Assembly (NCBI GenBank): GCA_013041745.1
Contig: JABDRN010000028.1
Span: forward strand, 59,028 to 123,027
DNA: 64,000 nucleotides
Source of the DNA: Gammaproteobacteria bacterium
Lineage (GTDB): Bacteria; Pseudomonadota; Gammaproteobacteria; SZUA-229
Reading direction: 5' to 3'
Below are positions 1-9,812 of this stretch, piece after piece; position 1 is the first letter of the stretch, and every line of letters starts with the position of its first letter. Position numbers and translations under genes: made by a program. The notes under the pieces were generated by a model. It did no database searches. It worked only from the letters and a program-made list of their open reading frames with translations, and had not been told where the DNA came from.

Positions 1-1
1 C

Positions 2-216
2 GGCGCGAACAAATTTAAAACAATTATTAAAGATGGTGCTTTTATAGGTTCTGACACACAGCTGGTTGCGCCGGTTACAGTCGGCGAAAACTCGACTATC
101 GCTGCAGGTTCGACCATTACTAAAGACACAGCTGATGATACTTTGACCTTAAGCCGAACCCCGCAAAAGTCGATAAAAGGCTGGCTTAGGCCTAAAAAGA
201 AAATCGATAAATAGTT
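2..216 (+). CDS. glmU: GlmU (bifunctional GlcNAc-1-P uridyltransferase / GlcN-1-P acetyltransferase), C-terminal fragment; the 5' end lies outside the window
   Basis: Frame 2 translates to a left-handed beta-helix hexapeptide tail (...[16 protein letters not shown]...[11 protein letters not shown]) typical of the GlmU C-terminus. Stop TAG at 214-216. Confidence 0.8.
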
Positions 217-319
217 ATTTATCGGCATAAACCTTGATTATGTTGAAAAAATGACATATTCATAAGTAGTTGCATCATAAATGAGCACAAATAGAACGGA
301 CTCCTAGGTGAGGTGCTTA

Positions 320-1111
320 ATGATGAAACAGATAAAAATATTCATAGTCACATTCCTGCTTACGATAACGTGCATAACTTTTCCGATCACGGCGGGTGCT
401 GACGAGCTCGTCAGCCAGTCCAGCAATATATTTAAATTTCAGCAAAAATTAGCGATGAACGGCAATGTTCATGCACAATATAAGCTGGCCTCAATGTATG
501 AGACGGGTGATGGCGTTACAGCCGATATCAAGCAGGCGAAACATTGGTATAGCCGTGCGGCTGAGGCCGGTTCGAAACCGGCAATGCATCGCAGCACCTA
601 CCTGGAAGCCAAAGAAAAAGGTTTTGATCCGGCCAAAGATGCTGACTGGTTAAACAGCGTTAAAACAGAGGCCGGTGCGCATAAAGCTGAAGCGATGTTC
701 TTATTGGGCCAGCTTTATGGTGAAGGTATTGGCGTAAAAAAAGATCTTTTGAAATCACTGGAGTTGCTCAAGCAGGTAAGGATTCTTGGTGTTGCCAACG
801 TCGATAAGCAGATCGCATTCATCCAGAATGAGATCGACCAGCAAAACAAATCAGAACAGCGTAAAAAGGTCGTGCGTAGCAAAGAAAACTTACGTCTAAA
901 ACAGGCTAGTGAGACACAGTTGGCTACTCAACAGGCCGATACAGAACAACAGGCTAAACAGAAAGCAGAAGCAGAGAAGCTAGCACAGGCTGAAAAGATC
1001 CGGCGCTATGAGAAGGCTATGATGCAACTGAAGATGGAGCAGCAGCTCATAGATAGGCAGCAGGAGTGGGCATCAGGGGGTGATGTTGCTTCAGCGGATG
1101 ATGAGATCTAG
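320..1111 (+). CDS. Secreted Sel1-repeat (TPR-like) protein with a Q/K/E-rich coiled-coil C-terminal tail
   Basis: Signal peptide (MMKQIKIFIVTFLLTITCITFPITAGA). Two or three Sel1 motifs (YKLASMYETGDGVTADIKQAKHWYSRAAEAG; MFLLGQLYGEGIGVKKDLLKSLELLKQ). SD GGTGAGGTG 7 nt before ATG at 320. The ORF-track GTG at 308 is less likely. Confidence 0.65.
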   Translation: MMKQIKIFIVTFLLTITCITFPITAGADELVSQSSNIFKFQQKLAMNGNVHAQYKLASMYETGDGVTADIKQAKHWYSRAAEAGSKPAMHRSTYLEAKEKGFDPAKDADWLNSVKTEAGAHKAEAMFLLGQLYGEGIGVKKDLLKSLELLKQVRILGVANVDKQIAFIQNEIDQQNKSEQRKKVVRSKENLRLKQASETQLATQQADTEQQAKQKAEAEKLAQAEKIRRYEKAMMQLKMEQQLIDRQQEWASGGDVASADDEI

Positions 1112-1135
1112 ATAAGCAGTACTGCTTCATAGTAA

Positions 1136-1169
1136 GCCTCGGCATGTAGAGTTGTAGCCGGAGCTTTTT
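1136..1169 (+). terminator. Putative intrinsic terminator after the Sel1 gene
   Basis: Imperfect GC-rich hairpin (gcCTCGGC...GCCGGAGc) followed by TTTTTT at 1164-1169. Confidence 0.4.
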
Positions 1170-1211
1170 TCGCATGGTTTAATTATACTGATTATATTCA
1201 AATTATTTTTG

Positions 1212-1240
1212 TTATAGCGCACTGCAATGGTGCGCTATAA
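1212..1240. promoter_or_regulatory. Perfect 11-7-11 inverted repeat TTATAGCGCAC-tgcaatg-GTGCGCTATAA; candidate operator upstream of the large ORF
   Basis: Exact reverse-complement arms read directly from the sequence. The core GCGCAC-N7-GTGCGC is shared with the NtrC-type dyads at 47724 and 50170. Confidence 0.4.
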
Positions 1241-1397
1241 TTGTTCTGGTCACACAAGGCATTGTTTTTATTGGTTATAAGCATTTAAGGATATGGTTAT
1301 ATAAAAACAATTCGATTGGATATCTTGGCTCTACATCTCTAAAATTAACATCCCGCAAGTTTTTTGCTGCCGCTGAGGTTTAGTTTTGTCCACTGTT

Positions 1398-4300
1398 ATG
1401 AACTCAAAAGAGAAATTCTCCTTTCCAGAAAGAAGGGCTATCGATAAACGCCAGATCACATTACAGCATATCTGTTTACAATTAGCCTCACTGGGCCATC
1501 GATGCCAGTTGAGTTCTGATCGAGGTTATCTTGCTGTTGCTGATAGCCTGTTAAAAAATTATTCAGCCCAGCGACAACTGCTGGCAGAATACCGTTGTCC
1601 GGCAGATCAGCGCATACAGAATTTTTTAAATGCTTATCTGAAACGCAATGGTATCGATATTGATATTAAGTTACCAGGAGAAACTTTTAACCTGAATGAA
1701 AAAGGTATCGCTCGTGAATTATCGATCCCATACAACGGCAATACCTATAAGTCAGACTTACTAGAATCATACCGTCTGATTCAGGGCGTGCTGCATAATC
1801 CAAGGAATGATCGTCGGACCACCTCGGGAGTCTTTCATGTCGTAGAAGGCGGCTTACCGATACCAGCAGATAAAAAAGCTGTACCGGTAGATGTTTATGC
1901 AAACTTATTACAGGTCGCGCTTGATCCGCCCAATGACTTGATGGGGCTGCCTATTGCCAGTGATAATGAAGAGCCGGTTGATATGTGGGTGACTTTATTA
2001 TTAAGACCTATCGTGCGACCTGAAGTTGAGGGTGTATTGCCTCAGAAGAGTCTGGAAACACGGTTTTTTGCACCAGGATCACTGGTGTCGAACCTCGACT
2101 TTGTTGAAACGATTTTTGGTAATGGCGGTGATCCGTTTTTACCAGAGAATGATGCGGCGCTGGATATTGACCACTGGACGGGGCATAGCGGCTGCGTCAT
2201 CCTGGCACCGCACCTGAATAAACTGAGTAAGAAATTACTGGGCCTGCCTCACTATGATGATGCAACAGAGCGCCAACGTGAGGATGGCATGTGCTGGAAA
2301 GATGAAAATGAACTGTATAACGATGGCGGCGCTTTCAAGGTCGTTTGTCGTGATATGTCGGGGGTCATCGTTACTATCATCGCTGATAACTACTTTGGTT
2401 ACAGTAAGAAAGAAGTTAAATCACAGATCAGTTATTCAGCTAACCTTTTTGGTGGTGTTGAAGAAGAGCATGCTGGCGGTGCCGTTGCTTTTCCACGTTT
2501 CAATCTAGGTAATTATTACTTGCCCAAGATCGAAGATGATATGCGGGACCATACCTTCCAGCGCTTATGCAAACAATTAGAAGGCGGAATAACGGTGATG
2601 CCTGAAGGTTATGCCATTGATAATACCTTCTCAGATATCTATTACATTCCTGAATATGCACATATCGACATGGAGCAGCAGAAGATAAGCTGGTCAACCA
2701 ATGGCAGAGAACAACAGATAAAATTACGGGTTAAATATACCTATATCTATCCCAGTGGTTTTAAAGTGCATATGCAGAAGCATCCACAGGCACCTAGCTG
2801 GCGTCTGATCGGCACTCTCGGTGAAGGCACGCACTGTCATAAGCCCAGCACGGTATCAGGTGGCGGTAAATCTGAAATTTCCAAATCGATCCAGGATTCG
2901 ATGATATCTGGCCCGGTGTTTGTTGGTGATTTTGAAAAAGACCTCGACAAAGTCGAAGCGATCTTTAACTACGATTATTCGAACCGGCGACGCGACAGCT
3001 CAAAAAACGATGACAGGAATGTGCTCACCAGTAAGCGTAGTCTTGGCTCGGTGATCAGGTTGTTGACACCTTCGGCTGAAACTTATACCGATGAGTACAA
3101 CGAGTGGTTAGAGAGTATCCCTCAGCACATACTGGCCCTGGTTTATTTGATCAAGCGATTTTATAAGACAGAGTGGGGCGATAACTGGCGCGAGCATTTC
3201 TCTGTGGATGAAGTTAACGGTTACCCGGCTCATGAACTTAAATATGATGGCCGAAAGATGATTACCAGTTATCTGCGTGTCGGTATACGTGAAGATGGTA
3301 CCTGGCGAATATATAAACTACGACAGGATTTTGTTGCTGCGACTAAAGTACAGACCGAAGATGATATTTCGGCTTCGACTGTAATCCCTGTGAGTTATGT
3401 CGAAGGTAAATTGAATAAACGATATGAAAGCTCTGGCGTCAAGATAGTCAAGAACTGCGAAAATCGCCTGTTTCAGCGTCCGGATGATGCAGTCGTTCGA
3501 GGTCTTGATACACAGACAGAAAAAGATCTGTCTGAGCAGGGTAACTTTATTTCGAATTTTCAACCGCTCAGAGCTGATGATGCCCGTGAATTAGTTGAAG
3601 ATGTGATCAACTTTCAGAAGTATTCGCTGCCGATGCAGTCTCTGATTCGTCTCGCTGCTACGGCTGAAGACGAGTACTTTGTATCATCAGCACACCCGCG
3701 TCTTGTCGATGGAAATCCAACTAAGAATATGCGCTACTTGCAAAAGCGTCCAGACCTTGCGAACCCCAGAAGTCTGTACCTTGCACAAACAGGAACTCGT
3801 CTGTCGAGAGGTTTATCGCTTGATGAGCCAGTGTACTTCCCTGTCAATGCTGTATTACAGGGGCGGCGTAATAACCCTGAAGAAAAAAAAGCAGGTATCA
3901 GACCGCTGGCAGTTTATAACCCGATTCATTACCAGGAGTTACCTGAACTGTTTATGGATCTGATCTGCAGCCTGACAGGAAAATCGCCATCAACGACGGG
4001 TGCTGGTTCCGAAGGCGCGCTGACCAAGGGACCATTTAATGCGCTATCAACGACTGCTGATCTAAATAATGCACTGGTTTCATTTATCCTGTGTGATTAT
4101 GCCGGTTATTCTTCTGCTGCTGGGTATATTGGTACCAACCGCCGCATAGACCATGATATCAGCATGCTCATACCGGAGATCTGGTGTCGTTTACCGATCA
4201 GGCAACGTGATCCCAAATACCTGATCGAGAAAGGCTTTCTCGAAAAAATTGATGACTTTGAATATGACGGTAAAAAGATTCATGCCAGTCGCCTGGGCTA

Positions 4301-4847
4301 TCGAATGACAGAGAAGTTTGTGCATGCATTTTTCGGAAAGGTATTTGATAGTCCGACCATCGTATTTGACGAAGAGATGCTGCGCCCGGAAACGCAGGGT
4401 ATGGACGCTTATGTAGACGGTATCAATAATATCGTTGAAGCACAGCAGAAAGTGTCGCGAGCTTATATCGAAGATGGTTCTATCAATGATGCGTGCCCGC
4501 CTTTGCAGGCAGTGCTGCGTATAATGGCTGAAGGCAGCTATGAAGGAAAAACGATCGATGATCCGAGTATCCGTGAGATGTTCACCAGGGATTACCTGTT
4601 AAACAGCGACTGGTATAAGGAGCGTTTAATTATTAAGCAACAGCGCGATGCGTCTTTGTGGCAGATGAACCATGACTACATCGAACAGAAGATGGATGAG
4701 ATAAACGAGTCTGTAACTGACATGTGGGCAGAACTGCAAGGTCAGTTGGAAAACGCTGAGCAAATGCGTGAGTGGGTAAACAGCGATAGTTACCTGGAGC
4801 GTTTACAAGGTACACTGGGTGCTGACTGGATACATAGAGGTGCATAA
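1398..4847 (+). CDS. Large (about 1150 aa) conserved hypothetical cytoplasmic protein with no family recognised
   Basis: Single uninterrupted 3.4 kb ORF with coding-like composition, no TM segments and no motif I can assign. ATG at 1398 is preferred over TTG at 1386. A strong terminator follows. Confidence 0.6.
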   Translation: MNSKEKFSFPERRAIDKRQITLQHICLQLASLGHRCQLSSDRGYLAVADSLLKNYSAQRQLLAEYRCPADQRIQNFLNAYLKRNGIDIDIKLPGETFNLNEKGIARELSIPYNGNTYKSDLLESYRLIQGVLHNPRNDRRTTSGVFHVVEGGLPIPADKKAVPVDVYANLLQVALDPPNDLMGLPIASDNEEPVDMWVTLLLRPIVRPEVEGVLPQKSLETRFFAPGSLVSNLDFVETIFGNGGDPFLPENDAALDIDHWTGHSGCVILAPHLNKLSKKLLGLPHYDDATERQREDGMCWKDENELYNDGGAFKVVCRDMSGVIVTIIADNYFGYSKKEVKSQISYSANLFGGVEEEHAGGAVAFPRFNLGNYYLPKIEDDMRDHTFQRLCKQLEGGITVMPEGYAIDNTFSDIYYIPEYAHIDMEQQKISWSTNGREQQIKLRVKYTYIYPSGFKVHMQKHPQAPSWRLIGTLGEGTHCHKPSTVSGGGKSEISKSIQDSMISGPVFVGDFEKDLDKVEAIFNYDYSNRRRDSSKNDDRNVLTSKRSLGSVIRLLTPSAETYTDEYNEWLESIPQHILALVYLIKRFYKTEWGDNWREHFSVDEVNGYPAHELKYDGRKMITSYLRVGIREDGTWRIYKLRQDFVAATKVQTEDDISASTVIPVSYVEGKLNKRYESSGVKIVKNCENRLFQRPDDAVVRGLDTQTEKDLSEQGNFISNFQPLRADDARELVEDVINFQKYSLPMQSLIRLAATAEDEYFVSSAHPRLVDGNPTKNMRYLQKRPDLANPRSLYLAQTGTRLSRGLSLDEPVYFPVNAVLQGRRNNPEEKKAGIRPLAVYNPIHYQELPELFMDLICSLTGKSPSTTGAGSEGALTKGPFNALSTTADLNNALVSFILCDYAGYSSAAGYIGTNRRIDHDISMLIPEIWCRLPIRQRDPKYLIEKGFLEKIDDFEYDGKKIHASRLGYRMTEKFVHAFFGKVFDSPTIVFDEEMLRPETQGMDAYVDGINNIVEAQQKVSRAYIEDGSINDACPPLQAVLRIMAEGSYEGKTIDDPSIREMFTRDYLLNSDWYKERLIIKQQRDASLWQMNHDYIEQKMDEINESVTDMWAELQGQLENAEQMREWVNSDSYLERLQGTLGADWIHRGA

Positions 4848-4882
4848 GTACTAAGTTAATTTGCACATTTAATTTGTAACTA

Positions 4883-4935
4883 AAAAAACAAACCCGTGCC
4901 GTTCTTATTTAAGTCCGGCACGGGTTTGTTTTTTG
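4883..4935. terminator. Bidirectional rho-independent terminator
   Basis: A7 run, then AAACCCGTGCCG ... CGGCACGGGTTT (12-bp stem), then T8. It lies between convergent genes. Confidence 0.8.
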
Positions 4936-4962
4936 TTACTGCTAGATTAGATTTTTACAATG

Positions 4963-5286
4963 CTATGCCATGCTGCCAAAAGATTTGTCAACGGCGCCGG
5001 CGGGTACCTTTAAACCGGCTAGTCGACAACCTTGAGCAACGGGACCTCCAGGGATGATCTGATATAGGTATTTCATGCCGCCACGCGAGTGAAATTTTTC
5101 CTCCAGTGCATCCTTGATCTGCCGTAGATTAGGAAATTCAACCTTATGGTAATACTCCTGAAGGGCGCGAATCAGGTCCCAGTGATCTTCGGTTAATTCA
5201 ACGCCATCACTTTTGGCAGTCTCTTGTGCTTTTTCCATGTCCCAGTCGTCAGGTGCATTTGGGAATGATTCAGATGTCACAGTCAT
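4963..5286 (-). CDS. TusE/DsrC-family sulfur-relay-like protein, divergent paralog lacking the penultimate C-terminal Cys
   Basis: Homologous to the ORF at 18476-18814 (TEDHWDLIRALQEYY... vs TQEHWDIINEAREYF...). It retains a single Cys in ...QGCRLAGLKVP but ends ...GAVDKSFGSMA instead of ...PKPTGCV. Confidence 0.6.
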   Translation of the reverse strand: MTVTSESFPNAPDDWDMEKAQETAKSDGVELTEDHWDLIRALQEYYHKVEFPNLRQIKDALEEKFHSRGGMKYLYQIIPGGPVAQGCRLAGLKVPAGAVDKSFGSMA

Positions 5287-5336
5287 AGTTATCTCCAGTT
5301 TTTGATCAATGCCTAATTTAAAGATTCTAGTTAAGG

Positions 5337-5897
5337 TTAAGGAAAAGTAGATGTGGTGATGTCTTTAAAGTTCTGTTGCCCCATAACCACCCAGCGGGGC
5401 GTTGCACTCCCTGTGCCGGCATCGCTCAGATGAGGGTGCTCGTATTTTACCTGGTTGATGATGTCTTCCTGTGAAGGTTCAACGTCAACGATAAAAATAT
5501 GCTTGCCTTCGTCCAGATCTTTTTGAAAACGACGGAAGTCTTTATGAGGAGTTTGTATGCCATAAAAACCGCCACTCCATGTAATGAAGCCGAACATGAC
5601 GATTGCCAGGAAATAAAATGGTATCCAGGTATAGGTCTCGGGAAGTTTTGACAGATATCCGATGATGAGTACCAATGCAGCAGCAGCGGTACCAAAGAGT
5701 AAACCTAGAATCGTGCCACGTACCACGTCTTTCTTTAAGACTGATTCGATATTATGTAGATGTGCATGTTTATCTACAGCCGCATCATCATTACTTAAAA
5801 CATGAATCTGAGGTTTATTTATTCCTCTCTGTTCCAGCTCTTCTTCTATGCGTTCGAGATCATCAAGGTCATCACTAATAAAATAATGTCGTTTCAT
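5337..5897 (-). CDS. Hypothetical membrane protein (2 TM)
   Basis: ORF with an acidic N-terminus and two hydrophobic helices (ILGLLFGTAAAALVLIIGYL; WIPFYFLAIVMFGFITW). No family recognised. Confidence 0.45.
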   Translation of the reverse strand: MKRHYFISDDLDDLERIEEELEQRGINKPQIHVLSNDDAAVDKHAHLHNIESVLKKDVVRGTILGLLFGTAAAALVLIIGYLSKLPETYTWIPFYFLAIVMFGFITWSGGFYGIQTPHKDFRRFQKDLDEGKHIFIVDVEPSQEDIINQVKYEHPHLSDAGTGSATPRWVVMGQQNFKDITTSTFP

Positions 5898-6422
5898 AAC
5901 AATTCTCCATAGTTTGATACTGCATGGTTAACATTGGTTTAGTTGCTCAAGGATATGTTAAGTTCATCAAATACTCCTTAACGCACTAAGCGTATTAAGG
6001 TGTAGTTAACATAAAGACGAACTGGTTTATACAGGTTCAGCCCCCGCTGATACAAGTTATTGATATCTAGTTGAATATTAGGGCGCCACCAAAAATGAAT
6101 GTCAAGTCGATAAGAGCAGAATATTTGTCAAGAAATTACTGGTTGGGAAAGAGCGTATTTGCTAAGCGTCTGATTTAATTATTAATATATGAAGTAATGA
6201 TAAAAGGTATGATCGATAATAAGACAATTATTAATTGATAGCGGTCTGAAATCTGCAGCCTTGGCGAAATAATGCATAATTTTTCCAGGATAAATAAATG
6301 AACCTGGCCTCATCATGTCAAGAACAATATTTACAGATCTGTTACTGGTGTGGTGCTTATTGAATGATACTATCTTCAAAGAATAATGGAAAAATGTTTT
6401 GAAAAAGAAGAAGAATAAAAAA

Positions 6423-7856
6423 ATGAACCTGCGATGGCGGCGCACCAAGATTATCGCCACTATTGGGCCAGCATCTGATTCAGTTAAAAATATCACTGCT
6501 CTGATAAAGTCTGGAGTAAATGTATTTCGGTTGAACATGTCCCATGGAGACCATGATTATCATAAAAAGATTTTCAGCAGGATACGTTCGTGTTCGAATA
6601 AAACGGGAACATACGGTGCTATCCTGATGGATCTGTGTGGACCTAAAATTCGAGTAGGTAAGTTCGAAGAAGGCAGTATCCAGCTAAAGAAAAATGACAG
6701 TGTAGTGGTCCGTTGTGGAAGTGGTATCGGGCGTGATGGCATTATCATCTCTCAATACCAGCAGCTTTATAAAGATGTAAAAAAAGGTGAAAGAATATTG
6801 CTCGATGACGGCAATTTGGAATGTAGAGTCGTAAGTGTCAATGGAAAAGATGTCCATTGTAAGGTGGTCTATGGCGGTGAGCTAAAAAATAATAAAGGCT
6901 TAAACTTGCCCGATACGATGATTTCAGCAACTAGTTTTACTGCAAAAGACAAGATGGACGTAAAGCTGGCGATGGAACTGGGCGCAGATTTTGTTGCCTT
7001 GAGTTTCGTGCGTACCGCCAGGGATATCAAGGGATTGATTAAATATATGGCTCGTGTGGATAAAGTAATACCGGTTATCGCAAAAATAGAAAAACCAGAA
7101 GCTGTAGTCAATATCGATGAGATTATAAAATCTTCATATGGAATAATGATCGCGCGTGGAGACCTGGGTATCGAGTTGCCAGCAGAAGAAGTTCCTTTGA
7201 TACAGAAAGTCGTTACCGATAAAGCGAGAGCAAACAACCGTCCTGTTATTGTGGCTACACAGATGATGGAGTCGATGATTACAAACGCAAGACCGACGAG
7301 AGCAGAAGTTGGAGACGTTGCGAATGCCGCAATGACCAGCGTTGACGCAGTGATGCTTTCTGCAGAAACAGCGGCGGGTAAATACCCCGTTAAAGCTGTC
7401 GGCATGATGGATTGTATACTGCGGGAGATAGAGAACCACCAGTGGAGCTCAGGAAGTTTTGGTGATGACTCCGGCGGCAATCTCGATCGACCTTCATCAC
7501 GACGTGCTATCGCGCATGCCGCTAATTCTTTGGCACACGACCTTAAACTACAGGGAGTGCTAGTGCCTACGGATAGTGGTCATACAGCCGCTGTACTGTC
7601 TGCGAGTCGCCCGTCATCACCATTGCTAGGCTTGTCGACGAGTATGGAAACCTGTCAGAAGTTATCACTTCACTGGGGCATCATTCCGTTTCTTATAAAT
7701 AAAGAGGAATCTCAGAACTGGAAGCTTCTCAGTCAGGATATTTGTAATCGATGTAAACTAACCAGGGCCGGTAACAGGGTGCTACTTGTTTCCGGCTTTA
7801 ATGATGATGAGTTACTCAATGAACCAGTCATGAAGATAATCAATGTAATAAATTGA
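6423..7856 (+). CDS. pyk: Pyruvate kinase
   Basis: N-terminus MNLRWRRTKIIATIGPASD...NVFRLNMSHG matches the PykA-type RRTKIV(T/A)T(L/I)GPA motif. The full-length barrel, lid and C-terminal domains are present. The ORF-track start at 6399 adds a poly-K leader and is unlikely. Confidence 0.85.
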   Translation: MNLRWRRTKIIATIGPASDSVKNITALIKSGVNVFRLNMSHGDHDYHKKIFSRIRSCSNKTGTYGAILMDLCGPKIRVGKFEEGSIQLKKNDSVVVRCGSGIGRDGIIISQYQQLYKDVKKGERILLDDGNLECRVVSVNGKDVHCKVVYGGELKNNKGLNLPDTMISATSFTAKDKMDVKLAMELGADFVALSFVRTARDIKGLIKYMARVDKVIPVIAKIEKPEAVVNIDEIIKSSYGIMIARGDLGIELPAEEVPLIQKVVTDKARANNRPVIVATQMMESMITNARPTRAEVGDVANAAMTSVDAVMLSAETAAGKYPVKAVGMMDCILREIENHQWSSGSFGDDSGGNLDRPSSRRAIAHAANSLAHDLKLQGVLVPTDSGHTAAVLSASRPSSPLLGLSTSMETCQKLSLHWGIIPFLINKEESQNWKLLSQDICNRCKLTRAGNRVLLVSGFNDDELLNEPVMKIINVIN

Positions 7857-7905
7857 GTTGGCAGAGCGGGTATATTGATAATTTAGCAAGTAGAACTGGA
7901 TGGTT

Positions 7906-8211
7906 TTATCGCTTATATGGTGCTGATGCATATGGCTGCTTCATATAATATGGGGTGTTTATAGTATTACGTCGAGGGTTGACGCCCTGGTTGAAGCTGC
8001 GGATATTATAATTGTCTATGTTGCGCTGTATAGGATAATACTGATATCGTCGGTGTTGGGCTCGCCAGATATTCTGCTCACGATTGTAATTGAAATGGTT
8101 TAGCCATCCCGGTGGTCCGCCAGCAGGGCAAAAAGGGATCTCCGGGAAAGCATAACTATCGATTGGCAGCATACTGACAAAGATAACTAAAATAGTTTTT
8201 GCAGGTGTCAT
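7906..8211 (-). CDS. Small secreted hypothetical protein (Y/N/R-rich)
   Basis: ORF with an N-terminal signal peptide. Composition is low-complexity and there is no homology I can name. Confidence 0.3.
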   Translation of the reverse strand: MTPAKTILVIFVSMLPIDSYAFPEIPFCPAGGPPGWLNHFNYNREQNIWRAQHRRYQYYPIQRNIDNYNIRSFNQGVNPRRNTINTPYYMKQPYASAPYKR

Positions 8212-8319
8212 GATATCGGGTTATTCATATAATAAAGACGTCTATTATAAGTAATGTTAGAGTTAAAGTATGTATATCAGTGTTTGGCGGTCGCCGCTTC
8301 GTAATAACAAGAGTGAAAG

Positions 8320-8895
8320 ATGAAAAATAAAGTTTCTGCATATTTGTTTGCTGTAAGTATGATAATTACCACGCTTGCTGAAGCAGCTGCTAGTGAGGTC
8401 AAGGTGCACAAGAATGAGGATACCGGACTATTGACCTGGACTATGAGCGATAAAGGTTTTCAGGTAGAGCTGATACAGCTGTTACCTGATTTCATCCGTG
8501 CAATCTATGCCAAGCATAATTTTCCAAAAGAAGAGATAGAACGCGCCGCTTCATATTGTATTTTTGGTACGATTTTAAAAAATACATCTGATCAACAGAT
8601 GAGTTATCGTGTTGCAGACTGGCGTTACATGACCTCCGACGGCAAGGAGCACCCGGTTAAAACAAAGACACAGTGGCTCGATGAATGGCGTAAGGCAGGT
8701 GTAACTTTTTCCTGGACATTACTGCCGGATGCGGGAGATTTTTCTGTTGGTGACTGGCAGCAAGGGTTTACTACTATAAAATTACCGCGTAATACAGAGT
8801 TCGATATTATTTTTAAATGGCGGCTTGATGGCGTCGAACATGCAGGCGTATTGGAGAATATAAAATGTGCACCAGAGTCCTTACCGCAAATGTAA
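8320..8895 (+). CDS. Secreted hypothetical protein
   Basis: Signal peptide MKNKVSAYLFAVSMIITTLAEAAA. Followed directly by a TlpA-like thioredoxin gene. Confidence 0.45.
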   Translation: MKNKVSAYLFAVSMIITTLAEAAASEVKVHKNEDTGLLTWTMSDKGFQVELIQLLPDFIRAIYAKHNFPKEEIERAASYCIFGTILKNTSDQQMSYRVADWRYMTSDGKEHPVKTKTQWLDEWRKAGVTFSWTLLPDAGDFSVGDWQQGFTTIKLPRNTEFDIIFKWRLDGVEHAGVLENIKCAPESLPQM

Positions 8896-8941
8896 TAATA
8901 TGCTGAATAAATCTCAAAATGAATGACACTCGCAGAATAAT

Positions 8942-9469
8942 ATGAAATATATAATTTTTATAGTTGGTTTTATCAGTACATTTGTAGCTTATGCAGACTG
9001 GCAGCAGCCCGAACTAAGCCATAACCTTACCGTATTAAAAAAAGCTATACCGGCGAAGGATTTTGAGTTACAGGATATGGATGAAGAAACAATCAGGTTA
9101 TCGGACTATAAAGGAAAAGTAGTCTTATTAAATTTCTGGGCGACCTGGTGTCCGCCATGTATCAGAGAGATGCCATCGATGGAGAGGTTGCACCAGCAGG
9201 TGGGTGCTGAGGGTTTTAAAGTCATCGCTATAAACCAGATGGAAGATGCTGACCAGGTCTTTGCATTTACCGGTCAGCTAGAGGTAGATCCTACGTTTGA
9301 GATCCTGTTCGATACAACAAGCAGCGTTTCCCGTGATTATGCCGTGCGCGGTCTACCGACGACTTACTTGATCGATAAAGAGGGCAGGATTCGTTACCGT
9401 GCAGTTGGCGGGCGTGAGTTTGACCACCCAGAAGTTATAAAAACTATTGAGCAGTTGATGGCAGAATAG
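8942..9469 (+). CDS. TlpA/ResA-like periplasmic thiol:disulfide oxidoreductase (thioredoxin fold)
   Basis: Signal peptide plus an NFWATWCPPC active-site motif. Confidence 0.75.
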   Translation: MKYIIFIVGFISTFVAYADWQQPELSHNLTVLKKAIPAKDFELQDMDEETIRLSDYKGKVVLLNFWATWCPPCIREMPSMERLHQQVGAEGFKVIAINQMEDADQVFAFTGQLEVDPTFEILFDTTSSVSRDYAVRGLPTTYLIDKEGRIRYRAVGGREFDHPEVIKTIEQLMAE

Positions 9470-9470
9470 T

Positions 9471-9812
9471 CTATTTTACAAGCTTGATTGTGCTCTGAGA
9501 TGTCTGCCGACTGATGCAGATAACGACTTCGCAGTATTCATTAGTTTCATCCACTGGTGTAGGGTCATCAGCGCAATTACAGCCGGCAATTATACCGTTA
9601 TAAAACAGCCCTGCTTTTATGGTGATACTGCTTTCATCGTGATCAGTGTTCAGCACCATTACCGTCAGTTTATCACTTAGCGCATAACTGCTATTCTGCA
9701 GTCCTTGCTGTAAAGGCAGCAAGTTGGCATCAAGAGAAAGCATCTCCTGTTTAAAGGTGGCATCAAAAGAGTCAGTACCCCATGCCTTTAATGATAAAGG
9801 TAAATCAAACAT
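9471..9812 (-). CDS. Hypothetical protein
   Basis: ORF only, no recognised motif. Overlaps the GNAT gene start by 8 nt, suggesting an operon. Confidence 0.4.
   Translation of the reverse strand: MFDLPLSLKAWGTDSFDATFKQEMLSLDANLLPLQQGLQNSSYALSDKLTVMVLNTDHDESSITIKAGLFYNGIIAGCNCADDPTPVDETNEYCEVVICISRQTSQSTIKLVK

Noticed and set aside
465-653. Short alternative-frame ORFs inside real genes (for example 465-653, 1687-1902, 2026-2217, 2254-2508, 3318-3563, 3679-3963)
   Set aside because: They are fully nested in the Sel1 gene or the 3.4 kb ORF, in other frames or antisense, with no RBS. They are frame shadows.
5977-6001. Imperfect palindrome CCTTAACGCACTAAGCGTATTAAGG in the long pyk upstream region
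   Set aside because: Only about 17 of 25 positions are symmetric. It is too degenerate to call an operator without comparative data.
6182-6538. 118-aa minus-strand ORF upstream of and overlapping the pyk start
   Set aside because: Low-complexity (poly-F/K) translation of the AT-rich promoter region and poly-A stretch. It overlaps the pyruvate kinase start and has no RBS.
6869-7480. 203-aa and 101-aa antisense ORFs within the pyruvate kinase gene
   Set aside because: Antisense to a confidently identified conserved gene; the composition-driven open frame is typical of a Ser/Ala/Thr-rich antisense reading.
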